Assembly (NCBI GenBank): GCA_043803945.1
Contig: JAZDJN010000117.1
Coordinates: 1 to 27,812, forward strand
Length of the DNA: 27,812 nucleotides
Reading direction: 5' to 3'
Source: a bacterium
Lineage (GTDB): Bacteria; Bacteroidota; Ignavibacteria; UBA10030
Part shown: one piece after another, positions 25,035 through 27,812 of the stretch
Layout: each line of letters starts with the position of its first letter
How positions within the stretch are numbered: position 1 is the stretch's first letter
Made by a program: the position numbers and the translations under genes
Notes under the pieces: model-generated
Told to the model about the DNA's origin: nothing
Seen by the model: the letters and a program-made list of their open reading frames with translations, nothing else
Database searches by the model: none

Positions 25035-27596
25035 ATGAATAAGCCTATTTATACGTACACCGTTGCTCCATCACTTCCACAGGAATTAAATGCCCTGAAT
25101 GACCTCGCCTATAATCTCCTCTGGGTGTGGGATCCAGAAATGATGCAGCTCCTTATCCGGCTTGATCCCGACTTGTGGGAAAAGACAAATCACAATCCTG
25201 TGCTGATGTTAGGGATTATTCGTCAGGAACGATTGAACTCAATCTCCCGCGACGATGCGTTCCTCGCACTCCTTGAACGCTCTTACGAACGGTACAAAAA
25301 GTACCTCGACACCAGCACCTCCTGGTTTAATAAAAAGTATTCCGAGATCGCCTCGCATCAAATTGCGTACTTCTCCGCAGAATTTGGATTAACGGAATGC
25401 CTGCCGAATTACTCCGGCGGACTCGGGATTCTCTCGGGCGATCATCTCAAGTCCTCAAGTGATCTCGGCCTGCCCTTAATTGGTGTCGGCTTGATGTACC
25501 AGCAGGGATACTTCCGCCAATACCTGAACGCGGATGGGTGGCAGCAGGAACGGTATCCTGAAAATGATTTCTACACCCTCCCCATCCAGTTGGAGCTGGA
25601 CAAAGAGGGCAAACCAATTTTAATCTCGGTAGAACTTCCCGGAAGATCAGTCCATGCTCAGATTTGGCGTGCGCAGGTTGGGCGAGTACCTCTCTACCTT
25701 CTCGACACCAATATTCCCAAAAACTCAGAGGAAGATCAGGATATCACTGATCAATTGTACGGCGGTGACCGCGAGTATAGAATTAAACAGGAGATCCTCC
25801 TCGGTATCGGCGGCTTCCGTGCATTGAAAGTGCTCGGACTTGCCCCATCAGTCTACCACATGAATGAAGGACACTCGGCATTTCTTTCCCTGGAACGATG
25901 CCGCGACCTGATGCACACACACCATCTCTCCTTCGCAGCAGCACGTGAGGCAATAGGAGCTGGGTTGGTATTCACGACACACACACCGGTTCCGGCAGGG
26001 AATGATTTCTTCACCCCGGAACTGATCGAGAAATATTTTGGCGATTACTACCGCAGCCTTGGAATCTCGGGAAAGGAATTTCATGGTCTCGGCCGGCAGG
26101 ATCCAAACAATGATTCAGAAGCATTTTGCATGACGGTGCTTGCACTTCGAATGGCGAGTGGAAGCAATGGCGTCGCACTGCTCCATGGAAAAGTTTCACG
26201 AAAGATGTGGCAAAATGTTTGGAGCGGCGTTCCCGTGGAGGAAATACCGATTATCTCCATCACCAATGGTGTTCATGCACCGTCGTGGATCAGTCATGAG
26301 ATGATGGGGCTGTACGACCGCTACCTTGGGCCCCGCTGGCGCGAGGACCCGGGTGACATGGGATTATGGAGCCGTGTCCACCATATTCCCGATGAAGAGC
26401 TCTGGCGAACCCACGAACGCCGGCGGGAACGGCTCGTCGCCTTTGCCCGTACACGCTTGAGTGGACAGCTTGAGGCGCGCGGTGCACCTCCCTCCGAAGT
26501 AACACAGGCTGCAGAAATATTAAACTCCGATGCCTTAACAATCGGATTCGGCCGCAGATTTGCCACGTACAAGCGTGCATCACTGATTCTCAAAGATGCC
26601 GAACGCCTTGCCCGCATCCTGACGGATAAAGATCGGCCTGTGCAGATCATCTTCGCCGGCAAAGCACATCCACACGACACGCCCGGAAAAGAATTCATCC
26701 GGCAGATCGTCCATTTTGAACGCCGATCCAATATCCGCCGCCGAATGGTCTTCCTCGAAGACTACGACATGGTTGTTGCACGCTATATGCTGCAAGGTGT
26801 CGATGTCTGGCTGAACACCCCCCGGCGCCCCCTCGAGGCGAGCGGCACAAGCGGGATGAAGGCAACGCTGAACGGTGCTATCAATCTCAGCGTTCTTGAT
26901 GGATGGTGGGATGAAGCGTATAATGTGCATACGGGATGGGCCATCGGCAGAGGCGAAGAGTATACCGATGAAGTGCTGCAGGATGAAGTGGAATCGAACG
27001 CACTGTACGATCTTCTCGAGAAAGAGCTCGTACCGCTCTTCTACACCCGCGGTGCCGACAGCCTTCCACGCCAATGGATCAGTAAAATGAAGAGTGCCAT
27101 GCGCGCAATTGGGCCCGAGTTCAACACCAACAGAATGGTACGCGAATACACGGAGAAGATGTACCTGCCGTCCCTCGATAAATACACACACTTAACGGCA
27201 AATCACTACGACCGTGCGAAACAACTTGCCGAATGGAAGAAAAAGATGTACGAACACTGGCACCGGATCAAGATTCTGGATGTCAAGGTGGACAAGCATG
27301 AGCGCTTGAAAGTTGGCGACACGATTACCGTCCGTGCGCGGATTGATCTTGGCCACTTGGTGCCCAGCGATGTCTCTGTCGATCTCTTCCATGGCTCGAT
27401 CAATGCACAGGGTATCCTGGAATTCCCGCGCTCCATGCACATGAAAGCTCTGGATTCGGCGAGCGGCAGTATTTATCAATTTGTCGGCACGCGGAAGATG
27501 GAGACCAGCGGTCGCCTCGGCCATACCATCCGGGTCCTGCCCCGTCATGAAGATCTGGATAATATTTTCAGGATGGGTTTGATCATCTGGGCCTAG
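25035..27596 (+). CDS. glgP: Alpha-glucan (glycogen/maltodextrin) phosphorylase, GT35
   Basis: YFSAEFGL...YSGGLGILSGDHLKS, HMNEGH, RRFATYKRA and the PLP-lysine motif EASGTSGMKA. Confidence 0.96.
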   Translation: MNKPIYTYTVAPSLPQELNALNDLAYNLLWVWDPEMMQLLIRLDPDLWEKTNHNPVLMLGIIRQERLNSISRDDAFLALLERSYERYKKYLDTSTSWFNKKYSEIASHQIAYFSAEFGLTECLPNYSGGLGILSGDHLKSSSDLGLPLIGVGLMYQQGYFRQYLNADGWQQERYPENDFYTLPIQLELDKEGKPILISVELPGRSVHAQIWRAQVGRVPLYLLDTNIPKNSEEDQDITDQLYGGDREYRIKQEILLGIGGFRALKVLGLAPSVYHMNEGHSAFLSLERCRDLMHTHHLSFAAAREAIGAGLVFTTHTPVPAGNDFFTPELIEKYFGDYYRSLGISGKEFHGLGRQDPNNDSEAFCMTVLALRMASGSNGVALLHGKVSRKMWQNVWSGVPVEEIPIISITNGVHAPSWISHEMMGLYDRYLGPRWREDPGDMGLWSRVHHIPDEELWRTHERRRERLVAFARTRLSGQLEARGAPPSEVTQAAEILNSDALTIGFGRRFATYKRASLILKDAERLARILTDKDRPVQIIFAGKAHPHDTPGKEFIRQIVHFERRSNIRRRMVFLEDYDMVVARYMLQGVDVWLNTPRRPLEASGTSGMKATLNGAINLSVLDGWWDEAYNVHTGWAIGRGEEYTDEVLQDEVESNALYDLLEKELVPLFYTRGADSLPRQWISKMKSAMRAIGPEFNTNRMVREYTEKMYLPSLDKYTHLTANHYDRAKQLAEWKKKMYEHWHRIKILDVKVDKHERLKVGDTITVRARIDLGHLVPSDVSVDLFHGSINAQGILEFPRSMHMKALDSASGSIYQFVGTRKMETSGRLGHTIRVLPRHEDLDNIFRMGLIIWA

Positions 27597-27627
27597 AGAT
27601 CTGGCCGAAAAGTTAAGAACATAATCA

Positions 27628-27734
27628 AACCACAAAGTTCACCAAGGACACAAAGGAAAAACTGTTGAATTAATTTAAATTTCCATTACTCCTTTTTCTT
27701 TTTATTCTTCGCATCCTTAGTGTCCTTTGCGGTT
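27628..27734. repeat. Inverted pair of 9-mer-periodic REP-like arms downstream of glgP
   Basis: AACCACAAAGTTCACCAAGGACACAAAGG (27628-27656) versus TCTTCGCATCCTTAGTGTCCTTTGCGGTT (27706-27734), whose reverse complement is AACCGCAAAGGACACTAAGGATGCGAAGA. AT-rich spacer between them. Confidence 0.7.
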
Positions 27735-27812
27735 AGACTTTTCGTCCAAGTTTCTAGGGAAACGACTGGAACTGTACGTTGGAAATACATTGCAGAAGAG
27801 AGAACCACTTAG

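Noticed and set aside
26580-27191. Long antisense ORFs opposite glgP (likewise 10569-11129, 22205-22795, 23064-23558 and 23901-24401 opposite other genes)
   Set aside because: Typical antisense shadows of conserved genes, with no recognisable domains.

Overview
Bacterial chromosomal window with about 23 intact protein genes, mostly housekeeping or metabolic. These include a VPS10/BNR propeller protein, an ABC-2 exporter pair, a GH94 chitobiose phosphorylase, pgi, glgP, esterases and a creatininase. Gene content and repeat style suggest an FCB-group organism such as Ignavibacteria; this is inference only. Two accessory defence loci stand out. (1) 3408-7650 carries a Dam-type N6-adenine methyltransferase, a SacI-like PD-(D/E)xK endonuclease and a stand-alone GIY-YIG nuclease, followed by small co-oriented genes. 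Some spacers contain degenerate attC-like sequence, so this may be a decayed integron cassette array. (2) 17402-19689 carries an AT-rich, translationally coupled pair: a circularly permuted amino-methyltransferase with an HPPY catalytic motif, and a protein with an EVE/PUA-like N-terminus fused to a NucS-like PD-(D/E)xK nuclease. This pair is the best candidate for an unusual system. The window begins in the 3' end of an IS4-family (IS50-group) element that seems to have inserted into a REP hairpin. Intergenic regions hold several distinct REP-like palindrome and short tandem-repeat families, and there are three gene remnants. No rRNA, tRNA or CRISPR array was seen. All family assignments come from motif recognition by eye; no searches were run.
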